This document shows positions 34,969-46,787 of a DNA stretch of 64,000 bases, piece by piece. Each line of letters begins with the position of its first letter. The stretch's first letter is position 1. This DNA is from Podarcis cretensis. Lineage: Eukaryota. A model generated the notes under the pieces. That model did no database searches, was not told where the DNA came from, and was given only the letters and a program-made list of their open reading frames with translations. Where the stretch lies: NCBI GenBank assembly GCA_951804945.1, contig OX638156.1, positions 40,176,001-40,240,000 on the forward strand, given 5' to 3'. The position numbers and the translations under genes are program-made.

Positions 34969-37900
34969 GTGGGTTGGGCGGCCGGACCGCGGCCTGAGGG
35001 GCGGCTAGTGGGCGGCGGCGGCGGCGGGGAGGCCTTAGCACCTCGCTCTCTCTTTCTCTCTGTGCTCCGCAGGTGGAGGAGGAGGCGGCGGCGGCGGCGA
35101 GTGACTCGGGCGCCCTCACCGCCTTCCTGGGCTGGTGCGCCGACGCGGGCCTGGAGCTGAGCGCTAAGGTACGGCCCGCCAGGGGCTTCCGCCGGCCCGA
35201 AGGGATTGGGCCAGCCGCTCCCTGCCGCGGGGAGAGACTGGCCGAGGGGGAAAGGCCCCTCCATTCCCCCCCCCCGCGGGGAAAACAAGAGTCTTCCTTG
35301 CCGAGGCCCCGTGGCCAGGTGTTAAGGGGAGGCCGCTCTTCGTTCATTCAAATTCCCTTTGAATTTCACCTGCCTTTGCGGGTGACTCCTACTCCCAGGC
35401 GGCTCACACAACACAGGGGAAGGAGGTGCGGTTCCCAGCAGTAAAGGAGCGGAAGGTAGTACAGAACCACCCGGAAAATTCAAGCCGAAATGAAACTTCT
35501 AGCAGTAAATATGTACCGGCCTAATAATAAAATGCTTTAAAACAAAAACATCCATCCAAAGGAACCCGGCAGCAGCAAACAACAGGAACCGGCATGAATA
35601 AGATAATGAAAATGTGGAGTTTCCAGACTTGTAGTAACTTTAATCTTGTTACTTCACATGCATCAATAAGCACCATTTTACTCGGCATTAATCTAGTCTC
35701 GCTCCTTTTCCTGCTTCCATTCTAACAGCTGCTAATGGTGGGTTAATATTGCCACTCTGGGGGAGCTAAAATAATTAGAAAATGGCTGTATCACTCTTTA
35801 GTCACTTGGCTTGTGTTACCGGGAAATTGGAAGGGGGGTGAGAGACCTCCCCCCACCCCAAAGGAGAAAATAATAAGAGCAACATATCAGCAAAGGCATT
35901 GCATCTGCAAGGGTGTGACTCCCCACTGAACCCCAGATCTCCAACAAAGGAAAACGTACTATGTACTGGCTGAGTGGGAAAACTTGAGAAATTCATAAGA
36001 AACCACTTGTATTAATCTTCTCAGTTCCAATGGCATTTAGGACCCAGGGAAGTGAGGTATAAGGGGAGGGGTGAGAGAGCCCACTGTAATCCCCAAGATG
36101 TACAGTCCCGTCCATCTGCACGGCCTTCCTAAGGAGTCATGACTGGTGATAACCAGACAAGAAAATGGGTTGCATCTAACTTGACTCAGGGACCAGGGAA
36201 CTGTAAATGCTTTCCTTTGTACTGTGATGAAGTGTGAAACACTATATTTGAGTGACAGGGGCATGCCTGGATCTCAGGTTCTACCTGAGACCACACCTTT
36301 TCTGTGACATATCTATGTCTTGATGATGCATCTTGAAATGTATTATGGGAAACTTGGGGAAACTTTGAAATACAGGTGTAACCCATTGATTGGGCTTCTG
36401 GCTGCTTCATCTTTGTGGTAGTAGGAAGTCTTGTTGCAACAATAAAGGTCAGGCTCCAAGGACTCCCAGTTACACTTGTGAGTACAAAAGGGTAATTAAT
36501 CTATTCAGGGTTGGCTTTTGTGATGCTAACCAGGGACCTGTAACTAAGGGTTGTAGTAAGCAACCTTTTGGAGTTTGAGAAAAAACTTTCTTTTCCTGTG
36601 TTGTAGGTCAGTGTGAGCAGAGAGGGCACAGTAGCTGATTATGGCATGGTGGCCAGGGAAGACATTGAAGCAGGAGAAGTCCTTTTCACCATCCCAAGAA
36701 CGGCAGTCCTTTCGCAGTACACAAGCCCCCTTTCTTCCTTACTAGAGAAAGGTACAGGAATGGTTTTGGGGGGATTCTGTAGCTTCATTAAAAGCTTCAT
36801 GTTCATTGGGCAGCCTGTCCAACCAGGTGCCCTCCAGCTGTTTTGAATTACAACTCTCAGCCCCAACCAGCATCAGTGTGCTTTCTATCATAGAATAGCC
36901 TTTGCTAAGCAGGTGCCCTCCAGATGCTATTGGACTACAACTCCCACCAGCCCCCACTTGGCATAGTACATATGCACACACACAGTACCCTCTGTTAATA
37001 TATCCATATTCTTTGCATGTGTCTGGTTGTGCTAAAGGAGGTAGAGGCCCCCAGATTGCTGACCTATGGTTTACAGTATTGACAGCCAGTCATGGTAATG
37101 ATAGGAATTATAGTCCAACAGCTGGAGGGCACCAGGTTGATGGAAGGCTGATATAGAGTGTGATATTGTCCTACAAAGAGAATGTGCATGTTGATACTTG
37201 TAAATGGGGTGGAGGAAACAGAAAGCTCCTCAGTAAGCTTCCAGATTCTTCAGAATGCCCCAAAATGTGTCATCCTTGAGATTGGAGAGTTGTGTTCTCA
37301 ACTATGGACGTAGGTTTCTGGCTGATTTGGTTTGCTCTTTTAACAGATAATAGTTCTGGCGTTCTTACACTCTATTTTATTTACCTTTAATAGAGCAAGC
37401 CTCTCTGGAGAGTCAGTCCGGCTGGGTTCCGCTCCTGCTTTCTTTGCTTCATGAGTCCACGGCCAGTGATTCTCGTTGGGGGCCTTATTTGTCACTGTGG
37501 CCTAACTTCAGCGGTCTGGATCACCCCATGTTCTGGTAAGAGGGGAGGCTGTTTGGCTGTGTTCTGCCAGTGCCCAGCTTCCTCAGGTAAATCAGTTGCA
37601 GCACATCTTCACCAAACAAATTTGGAGTCCAGAGCAGAGTCAACCACCTCAAGGATGCTTGTGAAGCATGCTTGCAGTAGCTCAGAAAATGAGGCTGGGC
37701 TGGGCATGGTCAGGTGCTTGTGCTGGAGCGTATCTTCATGACTCCAGTCCTAGGGCTTTTCATTCCCCCTTGTTATGCCAGAAAATGCAGGCAGGCACTG
37801 TAGTTCCATAGGAAAAAATCAAAGACTTTTGACACTGGTGTTACCAGCTTGGTGGTGCTTAAGGGTGGTGCTTGAGATGTTTGATTGAGAGGCTAGTTTA

Positions 37901-39670
37901 TTTCTGGATCATAATGGTGACATGTTTGAACCTTGGGCAGGTTTGTGTCTACCCACCTCCACCTCTTTGTTCACAGTTTCTTAAGAATAGGTTTAAAAAC
38001 ACTTGAGAGTAGGTCATCTAAACAACAGTCACTTGAGAATCAAGTATTAAGCTGGTGTTAATAATGCTTCTTTTTATGATGGGGTGGGGGGTAGTGATGT
38101 AGAGAGTAGTATAATGAAAGGGTGTTTTGGTGAGGGAGGTGCATAGAGTGCAGAAACAACGCTCTAGTCTCGGATTAGGAAAACTAGAATGGTTTGAGAA
38201 TACATATTGGATCTTTCAGATACCAAGGTGATAGCTAGATCTCAGATGAGGAAGTAGCCAGCTTGTCAATACTGTTCAGCACAAGTGAGCAATCTGGGGG
38301 ACTCTACTTTCTTCAGCACAGCTAATCCACCCAGTCTGGAGAGGGAGAGAAGATGGCGCTATGGATGAAGGAGATAGAGGGTGCTTTGTGTGGGGGTTAG
38401 TGTGTGCATGCATTCATGAGAGAATGGATGGAGTGAAGAGGGAGAAAGAAAGTGGATGTTCCATCCACTTTCTGCTTGGGTGCCACTTCTGCAACTGGTT
38501 TGTAGTGCCTTGCTGCTTTCTGGCCAAGAGAGTGTAGCCTGCTGTACAGGAACCATTTTGATTGTTCACTTACTTGGCTTCTTGCTTAAAGAAAGAAACT
38601 GCACCTTCTGCTTGCTGTTTTGTACAGGAGTAAAGAAGAGCAGATGAGACTTCTTCAAGGAACAGGGATTCCAGAAGCTGTGGACAAGGACTTGGCCAAT
38701 ATCCAGACAGAGTATTCCACCATCATCCTGCCTTTCCTGAAGGCCCACCCAGATATATTTGACCCTGAGGTGCACACTCTGGAGCTCTACAAGAAGCTGG
38801 TGGCCTTTGTCATGGCATACAGGTGAGAGAGAGAGGAAAGGTGGGAGCCATGAGTGGTCACTCTCTAAACTGCCGAGGGGCGAGCAGGGTGTGTACTGTT
38901 GCCTTCCATCACTGTGGTTTGGAGTTTCAAGAGAGGGCACCTGAGAAGCATTCAGGTTGAGAAACTAAATATATGCAGGAAGTGAGTTGATAAGAGGAGT
39001 CCCAGATGGGGTTCAGTTTTTGGTGAACTGAGAAGGCAGAAAAGCAAAAGTTGCCTATCAACAAAGAAGAGAAGTGTCACTGCTGTGCCTCTCTTCCTTT
39101 CCACATCTCTGGCCTTGGACAGTTGGAACTTTCCTTGCATAAACCATAGCAGGGATGGGGAACCACAGGCCCAGAGGTCAAATGTGCCTACCTGGCTCTC
39201 TGATGTGGTTGGATCATAACTCTGACTGCTGGTCCTTCTCACTAGGGATGATGGGGTTTTTAGTCCAACCACATTTGGGGAACTAAGCTTGAAAAAGGCT
39301 GTTCTATGCTGCTTGGGCACCCTAGATGAGGCTCTTTAAAGTAAAGCTCAGATTGAGTTCAGGGGCAGTTCTTGGATTGTGTGTTGCAGTTTCTAAACTA
39401 GTAGCCATTTTCAGAGCCATGTGCATCTCTCCCTCTCACCAACCTCAGCATGATTTGGCTGTACTTAAAGCTGCCTCGGTCTAGTATCTCCCTGCTTTGT
39501 TCCCCACTAGTTTCCAGGAGCCTTTGGATGAAGAAGAGGAAGATGAAGAGGAGCCCAATCCCCCAGTGATGGTGCCCATGGCAGATCTCTTGAATCACGT
39601 GGCTGACCACAATGCCAACTTGGAATATTCGCCGGTGAGCAGAGCATACAGAGCTTAGATGCAGTTAAGC

Positions 39671-39705
<35 letters not shown>

Positions 39706-42700
39706 CCAACCTCCCCCAGTCTTTCAGATCTATTCCCTGAGGTGTGAATTTTCAAAGGGCCAAGTGGTTTTTTCCTGGATGTCTGAGTCACAGTTCCCAT
39801 CATGTGTGTTATGACTTGTTCAGACCAGAGGACTCTTCGTCCTCGATGCAGCTCTGCAGTGGCCAAAGGAACAATTCCTTCTTGCAGCAGTTTCTGCTTC
39901 CATAAGGAAAAGCATGATATGCCATCTGTAGCTGCTTGACCTGCTGGGCTTTTTGCCTGGAGAAAGAGAGTCTTCTGTCAACTCTGCCCATCTTCCTTTT
40001 GCCTTGAGGGAATGTGTGGAGTTTTCTCCCAGTACTGGAAGGCTCAGATGGTTCATTTCTTGCTCAGGGGAGACTCACTGTGATGCAGACTGAGAATTCC
40101 TGCCATAAGAAAATGACCAAGGTGTCATTCCATTCTGTGGTAGGAATTATTTGTTGTGATTGTCTTTGGAAGACTGGTGAAGAAGGTTCAGATCTATGTG
40201 TGCCCTTTCTGTGTCCTTCGGCATAATGGGGATGCTTAGCCCATAGCTTCAGCTAATTGTAACTTAGCTGCTTCTCCTGTTTGGTTAATCAGTGAAATAT
40301 GTCATTGTGGAGAGCCAAGGATGAAAGGAAAGGAGAAAGAGTAGGAGTTGTGTAGACAAAATATCTGCCCCCTTTGGAACTTTGTTCTCTTCTCCTCCCT
40401 CCTCCTTACATTGTACCTTGTGGAATTTAAATTGAAGCTGTTTGGAGAGCTGATCTTTGCTGAAATGCAGGAAATTAAACCAAGTACATTTTCTCTAGCT
40501 CCTAAGTACCAGTAGGAATTCTTGGGCGGCAGCAACATGACTGACATCAGGTCATGCAATTGCTTTTCCTGGACTTGAGAAAATCCCTTCCTAGATTGCT
40601 GAGTGAGAGGGACTGCTTGAGTAAGAAGCTGTTGTTTCTTGTTCCCCTCATCACAGTCCCTGAAATCAAACCTGTAAAAAATCTTTAAGAAAAAATTTAC
40701 AGGTCTGTTGTTGGGCAAAAAGGCACACCCTTGATTCAGATCTCAGGCGCACCCTTGATTTTTGGTGCTTGGATTCTGTTTTCATCACTTTGCAAGCAGC
40801 TGTATTTGGGAATGCATGGGTCTCACCTATCTGGTTCAGCCAAAAGGGACTTTGCAGGCACTACTGATCAGCTGGTTGACAGGGCCTACAAAGCCTATTT
40901 CAAAGTGCTGCATGAAATAGAGCTTTGAGAAGGACTTCTGAAGACTCCTGTGATGCTATGGGGTTGCCAGGCCCAAAAGGGGTTGGAGAGAGAACAGTTT
41001 GGCCCATTGAGCTAAAAAGCTCCCCCATCCCTCACGCAGCCTTTCCACAGAGTGTCCTTTCTCGGCAGCAGATGGGTGGGAGGCTCTGCTTTCTTCCATC
41101 CTTCTCCAGAATTTTCTCCTGTCTCTGAAGAGCATTCACAGCAAATTTGGTGCATTTCAGGGGAATGCTTGGGAGTGTAAGCCAATGCTTCCTAAGAGTG
41201 AAAAACAGGGAAGACGTCTGCTACTCTACCTTCTGTCTTCCTTCTCCAACTGCATCCCTTTTGTTATTCCTCATCTGTTACACACATTGCAGGAGTGGAG
41301 AAAACTGCAGGAGATGAGTGGGGCAGAGGAAAACTTTTTCTTGGGAGATTCTCAGGACTGGACAGGATCTGTCAAGTTTTACTTCCTTCTTTTGTCTGCA
41401 GGAGGTATTGAAAATGGTTGCAACTCAGTCCATCTGCAAAGGCCAAGAGATCTTCAACACTTATGGGGAGATGGCAAACTGGCAGCTCCTCCACATGTAT
41501 GGCTTTGCTGAACCGTATCCTGGCAACACAAACGATGCTGCTGACATCCAGATGCTGACACTATGCAAAGCAGCACTGCAAGGCAAGAGGCTGGCCAGGA
41601 GACACTTTTTAAAAAAAGAAACATAAATCAGCAGAGTAAGAGGATATCTGAAAATCCATCTGTCTGTCACCTTGTGTTGCTTTTTCCAGCTGTGTTTTTA
41701 ATAGGCGGAGGCTGCATTTAAATACAGGTGTTTGTATGTGACTTCTGCAGCTGCTGGTGGCATCCAGAACAGAACAGCTTGATTACTTTGCTTTCCAATC
41801 TTGCATAACACCTCCTGGGTCATAATGCCAATTTAAAACAAAATAATCTGAAGCCATGGAACTTTCCTTCATGATGCTCTGGATGGCATTCAAGGTTTTC
41901 ACTCTCCCTCTCTCTCTCTCTCTCCCCCCTCACAACTCTGTGGGACAGATTAGGCTGAGTATGTGGTCCAAAGTCTTGTTGGAACTGAGTGAGGACTTGA
42001 AGCTGGGCCTCTCTGACCCCTGCCAGGCACTGTTAGCTGCGGCACTACACTGGATTAGATGAAATGATGCGCTTCTGCTTTTGACTGAAGCCAATGCTCC
42101 CTCTGCTGCCTGTTGAACCTGCACCTGCTGCTTTTGTCTCCCTCCACCAGCTACAAAGACAGAAGCTCAACGGCAGCTGGTCTTGGAGCAATGGGACTTC
42201 CTCTGCCAGATGGAGATGGTGGGTGAGGAAGGGGCTTTTGTGATTGGCTGGGAGAGAGTCTTAACTGAAGAAGAGCTGGCCATGGCATTGAAGGTAAGGG
42301 CTCTGGCTGGTTGCTGCGCCATTAGACTCCTGGGAGGCCATTTTACTTCTGTACATGCTTGCTGTGATTACTTAAGCAGTTGACAGAGTTTTACTTTACA
42401 GGGGTGGCATGTTGGACTTAATCTGAAGATTCTTTCAGTTTAGATGGAGGGAGGACAACTCCTCTCTGTTGGTCAGTGGAGGTGTGACTTGTGAAGGATT
42501 CTTCCAGTAGCAGGCAGGGAGGCTTGAGGTTGCTTGGGAGCTTGCTTATGCCAATTTGGCACCTGGGCATTGCAGCCCCAGAAAGGAGAAGAGTGCTTCA
42601 GTCTTAGCTGGCTGGGTAAGAAGCAAATTCCTCTGTCAGTCTATAGGTTGCAAGGGAGGGGGCAGCTGTGCTTTGCTTTTTGCTGGAGGCAGCACAAAAA

Positions 42701-44425
42701 CTCACCTGTCACAATGCACTGGTCATTTTGAAGTCTTTCCAGAGCTTGTCTCCACTAGAGGCATTGCCCATTACAGATGTCGCTCTGTGGGCTGTCTGTG
42801 TGCTTTGATGTTTTTGTGCAAGCCCTCCCTATCCCTGGGTTCTGGGACGCCTCCTAAGAAAGAGCACAGCCAGCAACAGAGAAGCTACTAGTTGGGCAAG
42901 TGTGCTTCTCTTTCCTCCAGGGACTGGCTCACTTGCTGGACCAGGGTGAAGATGTGCACATGTACTCTTGGCCTGCTACTGCTGTCTATTTTAATGGACA
43001 GGATTTAGAAAATGTAGGAAGCAGCCTTCATTTCACCTCTCATGAGTTCTGCTACATGGCATACAAATTCTTCTACTGAGACTCTTTAACTTGTTGCTTT
43101 CTGCTGAAGTCTCAGGCAGCTTCCACCACGTTCTCTCTTTATGCAACCACCCCTTCCCCGCGTAATCAGCGGTATATTCTGTACTGGAATGAATGGGGCA
43201 GGTCCGAACTTTTTATGCTGTGTGGCAATGACGTATCTTCTGTGGTGCTGTCATTGTTCCCAGGAAAGTAAGAAATGTGGCTAGAGAGATTCTGCTTCCA
43301 TCCCTTGGGACTTCTTTCTCTGTGGCTTTTGGGGGCCAACAGCCTCACTGACCTTGAGCTCTAAATAGTCTGCCAAATTTCCTGCAGGTGCTTGTCAAAG
43401 GACAGTTTTAGTACTAATATATACAGTGGTGCTTTGGTTCTCAAACTTAATCCATTCCAGGAGTCAGTTCCACTCCCGAAACCGTTCAAAAACAAAGGCA
43501 CGGCTTCTGATTGGCTGCAGGAGCTTCCTGCACTCAAGTGGAAGCTGTGTCGGACGTTTGGCTTCCGAAAAATGTTTGCAAACTGGAACACTTACTTCTG
43601 GGTTTGCAGCATTTGGGAGCCAAGCCGTTCAAGTACCAAGGTACCACTGTAATTTCTTTTGCTTTGAACATAATCACTAACCAAGTTACACACATGGATT
43701 AAATGTTGTATGCCTTTATACACATTTATATTTCTTGCTGCCTGTTCCAGTTGTCTCAATGAAAACTTAATTTCAAAACGTTTTGAACGACTTGTGTCTG
43801 CTGTTCCTCCAAATTCTGCCTATGGAAACTAGCAAGTATTCCCCCGCCCCATTATGTAAACGTTGTATCCATCTAATTTTAATGTTTTGCAAGATGCTCT
43901 CACAAATTTACTTCATTATATTATGAATCTCTTCCAGAATGTAACTTAACTTGGGAGAGGGGAAGGTCCATAGTTTTAAATCCTGAGAAGCAGGATCCCT
44001 TTTGGAGAATGTTTACCGACATCTGTGGGGCTGTTTGTTGATGCCTTGAAGTTACTTAAGAGACCAAGAAGGTAGCTCTCAATAATCCCAGTTCTTTGTG
44101 GCTGTAGGTGTTGACTATGTCTGCAGATGAGTTCAAGGAGTTTAAGGAGCAAGAGACCCAGGAACCCAAAGCAGGCGAGGATGGTGCTATGTTCCTGATG
44201 CTCTCAAATACTACAATACCAAGGCTTGAAGCCTCCTGGAAAAAGCTGCTCTTTGATGCTACACTGCTAACCCTGAAGTCATACAGCTCAGACTTAAAAG
44301 CAGAGGAAGAAGTGCTCAGAGACCCTCAAGCTTATTCACAACTAAGCTGCCGGGAGAAGTTTGCCCTGCAAGTGCGTTATGGCCAGAAGATGATTTTGCA
44401 CCAGTTGCTGGAGCTAGCAAGCTAG
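34942..44425 (+). CDS. SETD6: N-lysine methyltransferase SETD6, spliced CDS, 456 aa
   Basis: Exons 34942-34968, 35073-35168, 36607-36751, 37394-37535, 38628-38822, 39511-39634, 41402-41582, 42151-42293, 44108-44425 (1371 nt). SET motifs [36 protein letters not shown]; C-terminus [20 protein letters not shown]. Syntenic between NDRG4 and CNOT1. Confidence 0.96.
35073..35168 (+). CDS. SETD6: SETD6 exon 2 (VEEEAAAAA...[15 protein letters not shown])
   Basis: ccgcag|GTG...AAG|gtacgg. Confidence 0.93.
36607..36751 (+). CDS. SETD6: SETD6 exon 3 ([16 protein letters not shown]...LLEK)
   Basis: ttgtag|GTC...AAAG|gtacag. Confidence 0.95.
37394..37535 (+). CDS. SETD6: SETD6 exon 4 ([14 protein letters not shown]...DHPMFW)
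   Basis: taatag|AGC...TTCTG|gtaaga. Confidence 0.95.
38628..38822 (+). CDS. SETD6: SETD6 exon 5 ([13 protein letters not shown]...FVMAY)
   Basis: gtacag|GAG...TACAG|gtgaga. Confidence 0.96.
39511..39634 (+). CDS. SETD6: SETD6 exon 6 ([10 protein letters not shown]...[14 protein letters not shown])
   Basis: cactag|TTTC...CCG|gtgagc. Confidence 0.96.
39673..39702. repeat. (GT)n microsatellite
   Basis: direct reading. Confidence 0.95.
41402..41582 (+). CDS. SETD6: SETD6 exon 7 (EVLKMVATQ...AALQ), ends at a GC donor
   Basis: ctgcag|GAG...CAAG|gcaaga. Confidence 0.92.
42151..42293 (+). CDS. SETD6: SETD6 exon 8 (TKTEAQRQL...AMALK)
   Basis: caccag|CTA...AAG|gtaagg. Confidence 0.96.
43424..43649. 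mobile_element. Tc1/mariner (Tigger/pogo-like) MITE, second subfamily
   Basis: TIRs CAGTGGTGCTTTGGT / ACCAAGGTACCACTG, TA on both sides. Confidence 0.82.
44108..44425 (+). CDS. SETD6: SETD6 exon 9 (VLTMSADEF...LLELAS*)
   Basis: ctgtag|GTG...TAG. Confidence 0.96.
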   Translation: MLTMSADEFKEFKEQETQEPKAGEDGAMFLMLSNTTIPRLEASWKKLLFDATLLTLKSYSSDLKAEEEVLRDPQAYSQLSCREKFALQVRYGQKMILHQLLELAS

Positions 44426-45121
44426 CTGCAGCTGAGGAAGGCAAGTGCTGTTGGCCTGGGAGGCTTAGCTAAAGGTTTCTATAAAGGCAGAGGCATTTAT
44501 TTTATATAAAAATGTGTTTCTGTGAGTATCAATTACATCCACAGGTAGCAAAGCTACCAATTTACACAGCACAGAATTGACACAGCTGGGGAATCTGTGT
44601 TTCTGTAGATGCGTTTGGACAACTCCAATCATCCCTGACCATTATGGGCCAGGCCAGGCCAGCTGAGACTAATGGAAGTTGGAGTCAAAGGACACCGGGA
44701 AAGCCAGTTTCCCCACCTCTTAGGACCCCCTGTACATTAAATCAGCTGGTAAGATGGCCAAGTTTACAACACCTGTGAGACCCAGTAAATGGGGCATTAG
44801 TGATATGGGATGTCCCCCTCTCCCGAAGGACTGTGATCAGATCTAGCACTCTAGGTGCAGATGTTTGCGCTGCTGAACAAAGATTAACATATTTCACTTG
44901 CTTACTGTCTAGATGCTCTTCCTCATCCCTGGGGAATGTTCATGCTTCTTTGAAGTTGAAAAAAAATGTTCCTAAAAACATTTTCATTGTCAAGTCTATT
45001 ATTATATTTTACATTTTGAATGCCTTTGTCTTTTTCTTTTTCCAACTGTCTTCCCATCCCACCTCTGGCCAGATGAGCTGCACAGATGTATAGTTTAAGA
45101 CTAGGCTTGGAGTTTTTAAAC

Positions 45122-45127
45122 AATAAA
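45122..45127 (+). terminator. SETD6 polyadenylation signal
   Basis: AATAAA ~700 nt after the stop, followed by GT/T-rich sequence. Confidence 0.7.
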
Positions 45128-45730
45128 GTGTATTTGTATTGATAAGTGAGAAACCTGTGTTATTGCCACTTTAATGGACACTTTGAGTATTAAGGATGAA
45201 TGGGGTCAAATGGTGTACTGGACAGTTCTATTTATCGAGTATTCTCTCCTCCGGTAAATCTTTGATGGTGATTGCAGCACCAGGACTATTCGTTTTGAAC
45301 CCTAGTTCATGCCATCTGAAGGTAGAAGGGCCACCTCCTAGTGTACATCCTGCTCTGGCCCTTTGTTTGTTCACCTGGAGGTACCATCTCTAGGCCTGAA
45401 CATGTGCACTAAGTGAAAGCTCCTAGGTGTTTTTTTTTTTTGTTTTTTTTTTAAAAAAACTCCCCTTATTGGAAGCCCACTTAACTGCCCAGGGAATCAG
45501 CAAGAATAGGATTCTTGCTTACATTTTACTGATGCCTCATTTTTATCCTCTTAAGATAGCAGTTTAAACATTGTTAATTAAAGTAGCAATATATTAGATT
45601 GCTTGATGTACTGCATCTTGATAGTATAAAAAGGAATTAGATTTATGTTGAAAATATAAGCAGTGAAGAACATTTAACAACATTTGTCATAGATTATGAG
45701 AAAACATGGACATGTGCTGCTTTTCATGAC

Positions 45731-45736
45731 TTTAAT
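45731..45736 (-). terminator. Probable CNOT1 polyadenylation signal (ATTAAA)
   Basis: tttaat on + strand, ~970 nt after the CNOT1 stop, at the end of a U-rich UTR block. Confidence 0.55.
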
Positions 45737-46708
45737 GTTTAACTACAGAATGCATACATACAAGAAGTGGGAGAACTAAAGCCCAAGAGAACTAGAAAGG
45801 CTACAAAATACAACACGTGGACCAATACATTTACAAAACATTCAAAATCCTTACAAAATGGGCTGTATTGGTCCTTTTTGTTCTTTTTACAAACTCAAAC
45901 TTTGTGGCCACAGGGGAGCAGTTAACAGATTCACATCCTCCCCATCCCAAAATTTACAAGTGTCAAGAAAGAAAATCTACAGGCCTTGTCTTTTGTTTCC
46001 TTTGCTAAACCCACTAGCCCTCTCCCAAAGGGCCCAAAGTATATCTTTGCCAATCAAAACAAAAGAAGTCCTCCACTCCAACGTTCGTGCCTCTTGCTGG
46101 CAGCATTTGATACTGGGAAAAGCAATATACTGGACCCTAATCCTAACTTTCCCCCACCCAGTACCCCATATACTGTAGGATCCTGTGCTCCAATGCATCC
46201 ATTTCCCCCCTCTTTGACAACTTTGTGATTTACAGGTCTCCCACCCACAAGAAAAATAAGTTACATAATATTTAAACTGGCTTTTCCATATTCTTTGGGA
46301 GTCTGGGAATGTCAGGAGAGCAGATCTGCCCCAGACAAAACACTTGGCATCAGCAGCCACCACTTCTATTACAGGCTGGTCAGGCACACAGTATGTGCCT
46401 CTCTTGAAACACAATTCGCACAAACCCAAAGTTCAGACAAATATTTCTGTTCTGTGTATTTACAATAGTTTGAAATTATATTCACAGCATCTTCTGAATT
46501 TTGGCCAAGAGTCAAAACTTTTGTTTTTAAAACTTTGGAACATGCCCACAGAGGAGGAGATTTCTCACACAAAGATCTGTGATGTAAGCCCAACATGGGG
46601 GAGGGAGAGGCAGCCTCCAAGGTCTGGCTAGACCCACACACATTATTCTGTCAGCTTGATGGGATGGAGATCTCCAGGCTGGCACAATTTCCAGGGTGGT
46701 TGCTTTCT

Positions 46709-46787
46709 CTAACTAGCTCCAGTTCCTTCCATTACTTGTTGTGCCTGCTTTTGCCCCATACAACATTGCGCAACAGACTGGAACAAC
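46709..46787 (-). CDS. CNOT1: CNOT1 last coding exon ([25 protein letters not shown])
   Basis: tag|GTTG...AGT TAG. Confidence 0.96.

Larger units (their letters stand above)
34560..35450. promoter_or_regulatory. CpG island / SETD6 promoter
   Basis: Abrupt rise in GC and CpG. GC boxes at 34847 (GGGCGGGG) and 34865 (CCGCCCC), NRF1-like GCGCAGGCGC 34899-34908, ETS-like TTCCGG 34925, all just upstream of the ATG at 34942. No TATA box. Confidence 0.85.
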
